Source: Cyanidioschyzon merolae (taxonomy: Eukaryota). Taken from it: DNA of 64,000 bases. The notes under the pieces are model-generated. The model saw only the letters and a program-made list of their open reading frames with translations, searched no databases and was not told where the DNA came from. The position numbers and the translations under genes are program-made. Positions 1 through 10,665 of the stretch are shown here, in pieces. Where the stretch lies: NCBI GenBank assembly GCA_000091205.1, contig AP006495.2, one strand, 5' to 3'. Numbering within the stretch: the stretch's first letter is position 1; each line of letters begins with the position of its first letter.

Positions 1-420
1 GGCATGGTGTGCGGCAAGCCGATCGGACGTCAGCGGGCGAGACAATCGAAGACGACCGGCTCGCGATGTGGCGTGCTTGCACCACGAACAACGCGTGTGA
101 GGAGTTTCTGCACGCGGTATCGAACGCGTCGTTCAACACCCGGACCTGCCTGGTGCATCCGGTGCGTCCAGGAGCTCTGTGTTGAGCGGACATTCAAGGG
201 AACGTTTGTTTCGTAACGCAGCCGAGGTACTGTACGAAAGGCGCTGCAGTGTTTTGATGAACAGAAATCCGTGCCCAGGCGAGAGCGAGAACGGGATATT
301 CGCCTAGCGTCATTCACTGGCAGGTTATGGTTCAGCGATCCGGATAGACGTCAGAAGTGCATCGATAACGGTTTGCCGGGGCATTTACTGAGCGACCATG
401 GTGCTCCATGGTTCAACATC
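1..420. repeat. Direct repeat copy 1 (~418 bp, ~98% identical to 8824-9241). It may extend upstream of the window.
   Basis: Base-by-base comparison of 1-420 with 8824-9241 shows only a handful of mismatches. Identity ends after 'ttcaacat' in both copies. Confidence 0.85.
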
Positions 421-587
421 ATGGACGATAAGCGCTCCGCGATCCACCGCTGTCAAATCACGGAACGCACGACGCCAGTCGGCGGATTCGCGCTCTTGGA
501 CGCGCACCTACCCATCAGGCTGGCTCTTGGGACCCGCGTCGCACCTCAAGTGCAGCTGGCCGCCAAAATACAGTTCGGGTATGCGTC

Positions 588-1700
588 ATGTCGTTTTCTT
601 TCGGTTCAGGGTCTACACCGGCTTTCGGTAGCTATAATAGGGGACTCGCTACGCAGTCCAATGCAGCGCAGCCTAGTTTTGGCGTCGGCGGTGTCGGTTC
701 TGGTGACCCCACGAGTGTCGGCAGCGTCGGAGGCAACGCACCCAGGCCTGGTGCCGGTAGTGCACTGGCCGCGCAGGGCTTCGCGGGTACACCGAACCCA
801 CCAATGGATGCTTCTCGGCTACCGGAGGCTCTCGAGCTCTGCTACTATGCACTGGATCCAACAAGTCCGGACTATCCCTTCGCTTTTTATTCCTACAATC
901 GGCGTGAGGACGCAGATGCGCCGCAGCCAGGCGCGGAGACGGTACAGGCACCACCCTGCCCACCGAGACCTCTCGCTCAGTTGTGGATCGAAGCTGTAGA
1001 GTCTAATCCGGATCCGAAAAAATATGCCGTGGTAAGAATCGCAGGGTTCCCAGGCCTGCAAGAGCGTGCAGCCCTGCAAACCCGTCGCCTGGAAGAGCTC
1101 CGACGTGCCACCGAGGACATCGAACAGCGGATATCTCGACTACGTGTCACGTTTGAGCAGCATATCGTCAACAGGTTGGAACGAATTCGAGCACAGCACT
1201 CTCTGTTGGAGACAAAGTTTCTCACTGTTGTGGCGCTCCTGGAATGCACGCTTGTATCCAGGACGGCTGTTGAGACGGCCACCGGAGCGGTGCCGCCGAG
1301 CGCCGCAGGTCGAAGCGCGCTCGTCCTCAAACGAGACAGTGTAGCGGAGTCGCGTCTCCGCGCACGGCTAGATGCCGTGCGGAAACAGCTTGACGGTGCG
1401 AATGGTACGCGCGCTCGCGCGTTGAGGGCGCTTGAGGCCACCGCCACAGTCCTTGGACTAGATATCAGTAGCAGTCCAGAATCGATTCCAGCGGCGTCAG
1501 CTTCGGGGAAGAGCGGTGGCCAATCCTCCACTATAGGGCGGATCCGCCCCGCGGATACTGTTTCTGAGCGACATCTGCTCGAGATCCTGGAGCGTGAACG
1601 TCAGGGTATGGAGCATGTGTTCGAAGTATTGGAACACGATAGGCGGGAAACGGAGACACTTTGGAGAGCGGCTCGTGAGCTGATCGGCCCCACGCGCTGA
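588..1700 (+). CDS. FG-repeat nucleoporin, Nup54/Nup57 family
   Basis: The N-terminus is FG/GS-rich (SFSFGSGSTPAFGSY, SFGVGG). It is followed by 'LAQLWIEAVESNPDPKKYAVVRIAGFPGLQERAALQ', which matches the Nup54 alpha-helical domain signature (W..A...NPDP...V.V.GF..L..R), and then by coiled-coil-like heptads. Confidence 0.6.
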   Translation: MSFSFGSGSTPAFGSYNRGLATQSNAAQPSFGVGGVGSGDPTSVGSVGGNAPRPGAGSALAAQGFAGTPNPPMDASRLPEALELCYYALDPTSPDYPFAFYSYNRREDADAPQPGAETVQAPPCPPRPLAQLWIEAVESNPDPKKYAVVRIAGFPGLQERAALQTRRLEELRRATEDIEQRISRLRVTFEQHIVNRLERIRAQHSLLETKFLTVVALLECTLVSRTAVETATGAVPPSAAGRSALVLKRDSVAESRLRARLDAVRKQLDGANGTRARALRALEATATVLGLDISSSPESIPAASASGKSGGQSSTIGRIRPADTVSERHLLEILERERQGMEHVFEVLEHDRRETETLWRAARELIGPTR

Positions 1701-2172
1701 CACGCACATGGAGCGGCGTTCTCCGCATCATCTGTTTTAAGTGTCTGCTGAAACTTGCCGAAATTTGGAGAATATCATACGCAGAGCGCGACTTCTCTTT
1801 TGTGAATCTTCAGCGGCGAGTCCACAGCGCCTTGGAGGTGCACGATATTTGCGGATGATAACCCGGTCTCAATGTTTACCGATCGCCATGTCGTTGCTGC
1901 GAGTGATGCACCCACGAAATGAAAAACTGTCTATGAAGATTAGAGGACCCTGTAGAGGATATCCGTAGGCAAATGTAGGCATCGAGTTCGGTTTGCATGA
2001 GGGCCCTGGAGCGCGCCGCACCTATTGCTTCCTATTCTCGGACTTGATGTCGACGTGCATGAACTGCAAGTGGTGTTCGCAGGAGGCGTCCATTTGCTCC
2101 ATCGGCATCCCAGATACATGCCGCCGTTCCGAGTTCGATACTACGGAGAAGTGATGGGCGTCGACCTCTGCG

Positions 2173-3093
2173 TTAATCTATTTCGCTTGTTGCAAGTCGT
2201 CTCGCGCGATGTGATAACGAAACTGATGGATTCAGGGCGGTAGGATTATCACCTATCTGTCGTAGACTTGGCGACGAACTGGCATGCAAAGCGACTACTG
2301 CGTGTAACTCGGACACTTCGAACGCGTAAGCGAGGTTTCGGAATCTCTGGGCGGCACTGGCGATCAACCGTACTCCGCCTGACTCGTGTTCTGTACCTCT
2401 CCGGAACAGCATTTCCAGCTTTGTTTCAGTGGCGGCGTTTTCCGGCGATCCGGATCGCGCAATGAGCCGTATGCCGCAGAAAGCCATCCGAGCATGATAC
2501 GATTTTGAACAATAGAGGATCGATGCATTTGTCCGCATCCCACCGAAAGCGCGGAGAATGTCGGTGATCAGGCAAGGATAAACGTGCCTGACACAGGGAG
2601 AAACGCTCTCGGCGAACACTTGTTGGAGTGTTCTCTCTATCTGCCGGACTTGATGCAAGAAAGGAAGTACACGTCCCGCGAGACGATCCATGCGCGCCGC
2701 AGACCGAGGCACAGCGGTCTCGTGAGCGTCTGGCTCAAAGCGCATTCGCCACCCTACCCCAGTCACATTGTAAAGCGTGCAACTGGCGACGTATTGAATT
2801 GGGCAGCATACGGAATGATCGACGCTTTCTCTCTCTATCTCCCTCAAGCATCCATAGAGTCCAGAGAGGTATCCTGCTGAGCGATGACAACGATCATCGC
2901 GCCGTAGTTGTTGCAGTTGCGACGAATACGCCCGCGAGATGCTAAGCCTCATCACTGGTTTCGGGCACGACGCAAACGCTGCGGTGAGCTTGCGGCGCGT
3001 GCACCTCGGCTCTCTCCGAGCGCCGCTGTAACCTATACGTTGTGCCGTCCAAACAAATACGTACGGAGCCCAGCTGCCGATGCCTGTCCACAT
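2173..3093 (-). CDS. Hypothetical protein (306-aa ORF, no recognisable domain)
   Basis: Long ORF only. It is partly overlapped by shorter ORFs on the other strand. Confidence 0.25.
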   Translation of the reverse strand: MWTGIGSWAPYVFVWTAQRIGYSGARREPRCTRRKLTAAFASCPKPVMRLSISRAYSSQLQQLRRDDRCHRSAGYLSGLYGCLREIERESVDHSVCCPIQYVASCTLYNVTGVGWRMRFEPDAHETAVPRSAARMDRLAGRVLPFLHQVRQIERTLQQVFAESVSPCVRHVYPCLITDILRAFGGMRTNASILYCSKSYHARMAFCGIRLIARSGSPENAATETKLEMLFRRGTEHESGGVRLIASAAQRFRNLAYAFEVSELHAVVALHASSSPSLRQIGDNPTALNPSVSLSHRARRLATSEID

Positions 3094-3624
3094 AGTTGCC
3101 GCTCACCTGAATGCCATCGAAATAGCTCGGAGCACCCGAGCTCAAGTCGAGAGTCGCGCTTGTGTTATGACGCTCGAACCTAGGTACCGCGGGCGCCTGT
3201 AAACCTTGCTTACCCGGGAAACCTCTCATAGACGCTATCGCACAAAAGTGCTTTCAGTCTTCGAACATCTGAGTATTGGCGGAAACCAACGCGCTGTCTC
3301 CTTGGTCCGTCATGTCTCCGTTTCCACGACAGCCTTGATGAGACGAACCCACGATCCATGCGCCATGCGCCGTGAGGAAGTACGCTGAAGCGCGGGCAGG
3401 CTCTTTGAAAGTCACCTGTGCACGCACATACGCACAAAGGCACACAGGCACAGTAGCGTGGATACTGATGCCGCGCGCTTCCGCCGCTATCGATAAGGAG
3501 CGTAGCAGGCGAGTCCTTCCCCCAGTGTCGATGCATGTACGGTGTGGGCTGGTGGTGCTTTCGATGCACAGGGAGCGGCGTGCGCGGAGCCGCTCCAGAA
3601 GCACGTGAGGTAGGCTCGGCACTA

Positions 3625-4100
3625 GGAATGCCGCTGGAGTGTACCGCTATCACGATGGTAATACTTGCCTGGGGCTGGTCGATTCTTGTTGTAGGTCTGG
3701 AGCGAGGCGTGATCGTCATGTCGCTGGACCAAAATGCGATTCCAATGGTAAGACTTGCCTGGGGCTAAACGATTCTCGTTATGTGTCTAGACCGAGGCGT
3801 GATCGTCATGTCGCTGGACCAAAATGCGATTCCAATGGTAAGACTTGCCTGGGGCTAAACGATTCTCGTTATGTGTCTAGACCGAGGCGTGATCGTCATG
3901 TCGCTGGACCAAAATGCGATTCCAATGGTAAGACTTCCCTGGGGCTGGTCGATTCTCGTTATGTGTCTAGACCGAGGCGTGATCGTCATGTCGCTGGACC
4001 AAAATGCGATTCCAATGGTAAGACTTGCCTGGGGCTAAACGATTCTCGTTATGTATACGGAGCGAGGCGTGATCGTCATGTCGCTGGCTTTCGTACCGAT
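3625..4100. repeat. Minisatellite, 90-bp unit x ~5.3 copies
   Basis: The unit 'gatcgtcatgtcgctggaccaaaatgcgattccaatggtaagacttgcctggggctaaacgattctcgttatgtgtctagaccgaggcgt' is repeated in tandem at 3706, 3796, 3886 and 3976. The flanking copies are degenerate. Confidence 0.9.
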
Positions 4101-4973
4101 CACGCATCCACCTGGCTTCGTAGCGATATATGCAGCCTTCATTGAGCACAAGTACGGCGGGTGTCGAGCTTGCCCCTAGCCGCCACTACATCTCGCCGAG
4201 TGCGGTGGCGCTTTGGACTTCGAACTTGGTCAGCGTCGTTTCGAGGCGATCGCCGGCTGAGCGGCGATTCGTCGTCAAGGTGAGCGCGTCGCTTCTCAGG
4301 TGCGTGCCTGAGGCAGCAACCGACCGAAACGGGAAATCGCTTCTTGGGAGCCAGCATCTGGGATCGACCACGAGAGTTACGAGCAAAAGCTACGGCACTA
4401 CTACGGGACGTGAAACCTCTCCGTTCAATCGAGTCGGCGTTACCCCATTCGAAGGTTTCGGTGAGTGCCTGTCACTGATACTTTCGAGTTCCCAGAGGTT
4501 ACCTGTTCGCGGACGACCGAGAAGCGTGTGGAGGCTCTGACACCGACCTCAGGTGTATGCTCTGACATTGTTCCCAAAACTTGGTAACTGATCGCGCAAC
4601 CTCTAGTAGGCTTTTGGTTCGCCCATGCACTGCGCACGAGTTGGCTGTAGCTTCTAAGATGCTGGTTATGTTAGGCTCTAGTTTCCTGCACCCTGGGCAA
4701 GAGCCTTTTCATGGTAGCATTGCTGATTCATCACACTGGATCTCAAGTGGCAGTGGGTATAGGTGGGAGCTAGGTCCCGCGCTTTCCCTCAACGTTATGA
4801 TTGCGAGTCCAACGCACACGCACTCCGATTCCGGCGTCCGACAGACGACTTCAGCGGTCCCCGAACGAGCGCGACTAGTGACGCTCAGTAAAGGGAGCTC
4901 TAGCACAGGCTGGTGTGTTTCTCGTCGCAACATTACTTGCGAGCACGTCGCGTTCGTCGCCGTATCCAAACCC

Positions 4974-6017
4974 ATGAACGAGCACGATGAAACACAGCGC
5001 ACGGAAGTAGATATTCATACCACGCAGGCTGCAGTGCTTTCAAGCCTCAATCATCGCAAGCAGCTGGCTTCGCTCATGGCAGGTGGCTTCGCTGGCACCT
5101 TTGCTTCCACGATTACGTGCCCACTCGAAGTCATCAAAACAAAGCTTCAATCGATTTCGTCCGTAGGGAGCGGAGGAAAGCACGCCACCTTTCTCTCCGT
5201 GGCGAGAAATATTGCGCGCCAGGAGGGCGTTCGTGGATTTTTCCGGGGCCTGTTGCCGACATGGGTCGGTATCCTGCCGGCGCGTGCCACCTACTTCTGG
5301 GCATACTCTACCACGAAATCAGTATTGGCGCACGTTTTCGGGGAGTCAGATGCACGAACCCATGTGGCATCTGCGGCGATGGCGGGCGTGGTATCGAATG
5401 CCCTCACGAACCCCATATGGATGGTCAAGACGCGTATGCAGCTCGATACCGGTGGATCCAATGGGTTTCATTACCGGGGCTATGGTGACGCGTGCCGGCG
5501 CATTCTGGCCGAGGAAGGTATCGCAGGCTTCTACAAGGGACTCACTGCGAGTTTCTGGGGCGTTTCTGAGGGCGCCATCCATTTTTTGGTTTATGAGCGT
5601 TTGAAGAAATTTCTCCAGCAACGTCAACGGGCGAAGCTCGATGAGGGCGTCGATCAACATGAAGCCGACAAGCTTCCTGCCGTGCAGTACCTTCTGGCCG
5701 CGGGCTTCAGTAAGCTCGTAGCGAGCACCCTCACCTACCCACACGAAGTCGTGCGAACGCGTCTCAGAGAGCAACGGCCCGTCTATCCGGGGGGCCCCCT
5801 CAAATATCGATCCGTGCCGCACGCCTTATGGGTCATAGGTCGCGAGGAAGGACGACGCGGCCTGTACTGCGGTATGGGCACACACTTACTGCGCGTGGTC
5901 CCGAATACCGCGCTCATGTTCCTCGCATATGAACTAGTGTCCCGTTGGATAGAGAAGTATTATGCACAGCGTGATGAAGAGCGCACACAAAAGGCTGCCC
6001 GGATCTCGACTTCGTGA
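4974..6017 (+). CDS. Mitochondrial carrier family protein (Rim2/pyrimidine-nucleotide-carrier-like)
   Basis: Three carrier repeats with signature motifs PLEVIKTKLQ, PIWMVKTRMQ and PHEVVRTRLREQ. The start is placed at the internal Met (MNEHDETQ) of ORF 4581..6017, because the 130 aa upstream lack carrier features. Confidence 0.75.
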   Translation: MNEHDETQRTEVDIHTTQAAVLSSLNHRKQLASLMAGGFAGTFASTITCPLEVIKTKLQSISSVGSGGKHATFLSVARNIARQEGVRGFFRGLLPTWVGILPARATYFWAYSTTKSVLAHVFGESDARTHVASAAMAGVVSNALTNPIWMVKTRMQLDTGGSNGFHYRGYGDACRRILAEEGIAGFYKGLTASFWGVSEGAIHFLVYERLKKFLQQRQRAKLDEGVDQHEADKLPAVQYLLAAGFSKLVASTLTYPHEVVRTRLREQRPVYPGGPLKYRSVPHALWVIGREEGRRGLYCGMGTHLLRVVPNTALMFLAYELVSRWIEKYYAQRDEERTQKAARISTS

Positions 6018-6756
6018 AGAGCCTCCTGCTTGACCAGTAAATGCAGTTGTTTCGGAGCATGTTTGGTGCATTCTGTGGCTCGATCGAACGCCAGCACCGC
6101 TGTCCATCATATTGAATGCCGCACCGGATGGAAGCGTGCGTTGATGATCGCGCATATCAGGGACTTTTGGCGGTGTTTTGGAAGATACCACAGCGTACTG
6201 GAAGGCGTGGTCATGGATGCCCGAAGCGGCTGCATCCGGACCCGGATCAGCAAACAACGCTAGGCGACGTTGGGGCGCCCAGGCACTCAAGTCGCATACG
6301 ACCCGTTTCTGGATATCTGGGTACGCATTCACGGCAAAATGTCGAACATCTATCATTTACTTGTTCGTCATGTTGCCGCGTCGGCCGGATCTTCGACCAT
6401 GGGATCACGCTCTCGAGGCTGAGCAGCACAGACGGAGCAGCATACCGGGTCTTTCGTCGCGGTCCATGGATACTGCCCTTCAGTTATCGTAGCATGTGCG
6501 GGCGGTGCGCGTATCTCGGTACGAAGGATCGTTGAACGTTCCGAGTCCAGGGCTCACGACCCGTCACGCTGACAATGCTCGCTGTACAGCACGATGCACT
6601 CGTTTAGGGCAGAACCTCTCTTCGCTATGCAACGTGAACGCGCTGGTACGGCTGCGGCTACTGAGCACCTTCTCTTCCATGCCTCTATGCTGCCGCTGCT
6701 ATCCAGGTTCACCCCTATGGTTGTGTGTTTTGGCGCTCCGTCGAGGCGCGTCCGGC

Positions 6757-7263
6757 TCAGTACCCAGAAGGGTCCACAATACCGGTTTTGAACGCCCACG
6801 CTATGAAAAGAATCGGCAAAAGTATACTCAGAATTGCGACAACGAGCCAGATGTCGGGACCTTTGTTCCCGGCGATGTAGCGAAACTTTCGACTACCTTC
6901 GATGGACTCTAACCGTTTCGGAGTCGCGCCAGAGGAGCCGTACGTTTTGGACGCGGGCCGCGAGCCCTCTCCAAGCTGGTTTTTCGCTCGCGTTGGACCC
7001 TTCTTCGATTCTGTTTCCTGACGGTTCAGGTTGCACGCAACTGCGCGACGCGCTGCAGCGCGTGCTAAGCGGCTACGACAACATTCGCGGAAACGCGTGC
7101 GCTTGAGCGGGAACTCGGCTTGCCGCCCTAGAACGCTCCCGGTCGCGAGACTAACAAAGGCACTGACATCGTCGTGGAGGCGTCTGTTTGGCATTGCAAC
7201 CTCCTGGCGCAATAAGGTGCTGTAAGGAGTACTTGACGCACCCAAGGTGAAACACAGAACCAA
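6757..7263 (-). CDS. Possible small tail-anchored membrane protein (weakly Sec61-beta-like C-terminus). The true start is likely an internal Met.
   Basis: A C-terminal hydrophobic segment 'IWLVVAILSILLPILFIAWAF' follows a basic, Ser/Gly-rich region. There is no strong family match. Confidence 0.2.
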   Translation of the reverse strand: MVLCFTLGASSTPYSTLLRQEVAMPNRRLHDDVSAFVSLATGSVLGRQAEFPLKRTRFRECCRSRLARAAARRAVACNLNRQETESKKGPTRAKNQLGEGSRPASKTYGSSGATPKRLESIEGSRKFRYIAGNKGPDIWLVVAILSILLPILFIAWAFKTGIVDPSGY

Positions 7264-8823
7264 TTCGGAGGGTTAGCATTGCGGCACTAGGCGAGAACGG
7301 CGCTTGTATGCGCTGCGCTTCGCGGCCGCAGGTTCGTGTTTCCTGGTGTTTATACGTAGAGCGACGAATTCTGGAAGGGACATTCGGACGTGATCTTGCT
7401 AATATTACTTGTTTCTCTCACAGACGTTCAACAAAAGAAACGGATCCTGCAGATTCGACAGACATAGCAGATACACTCTACACAAGCGCTGCTAACATGC
7501 GAATCAATGGGGCTTACCTCTAGCGTGCAGGCATTCTACGTTCAGCACTTTGGTGAACCAGTACTCTCTAGGGCCGTGCGCTAAACGTCGAGCACCCGAA
7601 CAGAGCCTCTGCAACGCCGTCAACGCGACAGTCGTCCGAGCAGTCCATTCCGCTCCATCCATGCGTGCCGCATCAAATACGACCAGACAAGCCACAGAAT
7701 ATGAATGCTCCGCCCAGGTGCGACGGACGCTCCTGAGGCGACGCCCCCGGGGAAAGCAAAAAGCACGCCGAACAACACAGACCGGTGACTTCCGACTGAG
7801 ACGCGAACGCTGCGTGCAGCAAGCACGGGTTCCCGCCGCACTCGGCACGCCTGTATCCGGGCGAGACGCCACACCGCCTCGACAAGGGCATTCAAAGAGC
7901 GAGCGACATGCCGCTGGGCGTCTACAGAAGACCAGCCAGCATGCCGACTGCATCAGCCACTGCGGCGATTCAGTCGAGCGGTCGCTTGCAACTCGCCAAA
8001 CGCGCGAAATCCTTCTAGAGCCGGTCCTTCGTCGGTGCACGCTTCGTCGCTTCTCCTTCACACATGCCGCTGCCCTGCCCCGAGACAACGACGACGCCCA
8101 TCACTGAAAATCAGCCGAGGAGTGCGCAGCTTGTCTGGCGTCCCCGCCCCTCATTCCGAGAACGTTGCTAGGCGTTCCAGACGCGGGGCTGCCAGCGGTC
8201 CGCGTCCCTCAGAGAGCCTGCGATCCAACCTTCGTGAGGCACTGCAGCTGACGCTCGGCACCCCAGGGACAATACGAGTTCATTCTTCCAGGGCGTGGTA
8301 GTATCGGGAGTCGGGCGCGACGGATGCCACCAGGCCTATCGACGAGCGGAGTGACGGCCCCAGGACCCGTGTGGACGCGCTGAGAGTGCCGTATCGAGCA
8401 GCGCGGGATGCGCTTCACGCTTCGCTCAGGGAGTACGCGAGACTCTGGATGACTCACGCGGACAGTCTTTTGATCGAGTCCACGAGACAGCGCAATGGAG
8501 TCGCCGGCCGTTGCGGCCGTACGGGGCCAGTGAGCGTGCCCTCGCCAACATGTTCCATGACCACGAAGGGCAACTGGCCGATATATCGTTTCGCTCGATG
8601 GTGGTGATGGCGGTGGGCGTAGCGGCACCCGCTGGCACCGGGCGTGCCGGGGCACCCAAGCGCTGCACGCCTCTGCTCCCTCGACGAGCGTTTCCAACGA
8701 GTGCAGGACTCGATGCCATGCGATTCCCGTGGTTGGCTTTCCGACGACATCCACGCGTCACGGGCTCGGGTGCTCGCTGATCCCCAGGTAGCGAAGAAGC
8801 ACATGAAGCAGAGACGGATGCAC

Positions 8824-9241
8824 GGCATGGTGTGCGGCAAGCCGATCGGACGTCAGCGGGCGAGACAATCGAAGACGACCGGCTCGCGATGTGGCGTGCT
8901 TGCACCACGAACAACGCGTGTGAGGAGTTTCTGCACGCGGTATCGAACGCGTCGTTCAACACCCGGACCTGCCTGGTGCTTCCGGTGCGTCCAGCAGCTC
9001 TGTGTTGAGCGGACATTCGAGGGAACGTTTGTTTCGTAACGCAGCCGAGGTACTGTACGAAAGGCGCTGCAGTGTTTTGATGAACAGAAATCCGTGCCCA
9101 GGCGAGAGCGAGAACGGGATATTCGCCTAGCGTCATCCACTGGCAGGTTATGGTTCAGCGATCCGGATAGACGTCAGAAGTGCATCGATAACGGTTTGCC
9201 GGGGCATTTACTGAGCGACCATGGTGCTCCATGATTCAACA
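8824..9241. repeat. Direct repeat copy 2 (partner of 1-420)
   Basis: Near-identical to 1-420. The ORFs 8644..9039(+) and 8853..9140(-) duplicate ORFs 4..216(+) and 30..317(-). Confidence 0.85.
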
Positions 9242-9861
9242 TGACTGCGTATTCTTCGGCCTACTCGGACGAATCACGTTAACTATCCTCGATTTCATCA
9301 TGATCATCGTGTAGGCGTGTTTCTGCTCGACCATCACAAGCCATGCGTTCGAGCCCTGCAATGTAAAGCGTTCACGCCATAGAGTACCACACACAACAGC
9401 TTGGGCGCGAGGGCCCTTGGTTGCGTCTGAAACATGCTCCCTCGCGCTTCCGAAACAGCTCACAACTTGTTCCCGAGATACTCGTTCATGTTCAAAACGA
9501 CTAGGCAGGCCAGTGTCAGTGGGCATTGCAGCATCGATTGCCGTGCAGCTGAGTGACGCGCAGACTAGAGACGATTCGGCGCTGGAGTGTTGACGGCATT
9601 GACACAAGCGGAGCGAGGCGCTCCTGCATCACTTGAGCGTCCAGCCTCGACGCGAAGGCTGGTCTTCAGAGAGCGGCCCTCGGGAGCGCCTTCAATGGAA
9701 CTTCGGTCATTTTCTTGACTACAATCCACTAAAAGCGTACAGAAACCGCTGGATAGATGTTTCAGTGCTGTGTTGCAAAAGGCGCGACCCGACATCAACT
9801 GTCACGTCGGAATGCTTGACGGCGTTCAGGCCGCGAAGCGTCCGTCACACCAGCAGCACCA

Positions 9862-10270
9862 TCTCACAACGCATGGACGATGGAAGTATATCTGTCCCAT
9901 GATCACTGCAGCGCAGCAGTGCGCTGTACAAACAGCACCATCTCACAACGCATGGACGATGGAAATATATCTTGACCCATGATCACTGCAGCGTAGCAGT
10001 GCGCTGTACAAACAGCATCGCCAGTGCGATTGGACGATGGAAATATATCTTGACCCATGATCACTGCAGCGTAGCAGTGCGCTGTACAAACAGCATCGCC
10101 AGTGCGATTGGACGATGGAAATATATCTTGACCCATGATCACTGCAGCGTAGCAGTGCGCTGTACAAACAGCACCATCTCACAACGCATGGACGATGGAA
10201 ATATATCTGACCCATGATCACTGCAGCGTAGCAGTGCGCTGTACAAACAGCATCGCCAGTGCGATTTTTT
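9862..10270. repeat. Minisatellite, 78-81-bp unit x ~5 copies
   Basis: The unit '...gacgatggaaatatatcttgacccatgatcactgcagcgtagcagtgcgctgtacaaacagca(tcgccagtgcgattg|ccatctcacaacgcatg)' is repeated in tandem. ORFs 9903..10142(-), 9943..10281(-) and 9972..10217(+) merely translate the repeat. Confidence 0.9.
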
Positions 10271-10665
10271 ACATCACGCACCTCCGGTGAATCGAATCAG
10301 GCTCCCTCTGAATGCCACCACGGACTGGAGCAAAGTCAGCGTGTTGTGCTAGGGTGAGCTGTCGCAGCGGTCTCGCGTTTTCATTGGAGTCTCGCCAGAT
10401 TCCAGCTAGTCATCTTTTGAATTGCGGTGAATAGCAGTAACCGGCGCCTGCTTTCGGGCGCGTCCCAAACGCGTATCGTTGTCTCATTGGCGAACGAGCG
10501 TGCAAAAGGACTTTACCCAGTTACCTGAACCTCTTCAGCGGCACGCAAACGACGTAGACACTCCGACTCGTCCAGGCCGCTTTTCCCTCGAAAGAGTGCA
10601 TAGATCACCGACGCATACTAATCCTGAAAAATATGCGAATACCAAGATGGGCGTAACGGAGTCGA

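Noticed and set aside
3639-4145. 168-aa ORF as a real repeat protein
   Set aside because: It is the direct translation of the 90-bp minisatellite, with no homology or start context. The same applies to 9903..10281 ORFs over the 78-bp minisatellite and 29919..30302(-) poly-Leu over the CAG repeat.
8209-9136. ORFs 8209..8754(-), 8426..9136(-), 8454..8840(-), 8511..8780(+) as genes
   Set aside because: They are mutually overlapping frames in a GC-rich stretch that runs into the direct repeat, with no domain signal. They are most likely compositional artefacts.
1-9241. Reading the two 418-bp direct repeats as LTRs of an LTR retrotransposon
   Set aside because: The 8.4-kb interior encodes a nucleoporin, a mitochondrial carrier and a minisatellite, not gag/pol. 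No TG...CA termini or PBS/PPT could be defined.
3625-10270. Tandem repeats as a CRISPR array
   Set aside because: This is a eukaryotic nuclear context. The units are near-identical tandem copies without unique spacers and with unit lengths of 78-90 bp.
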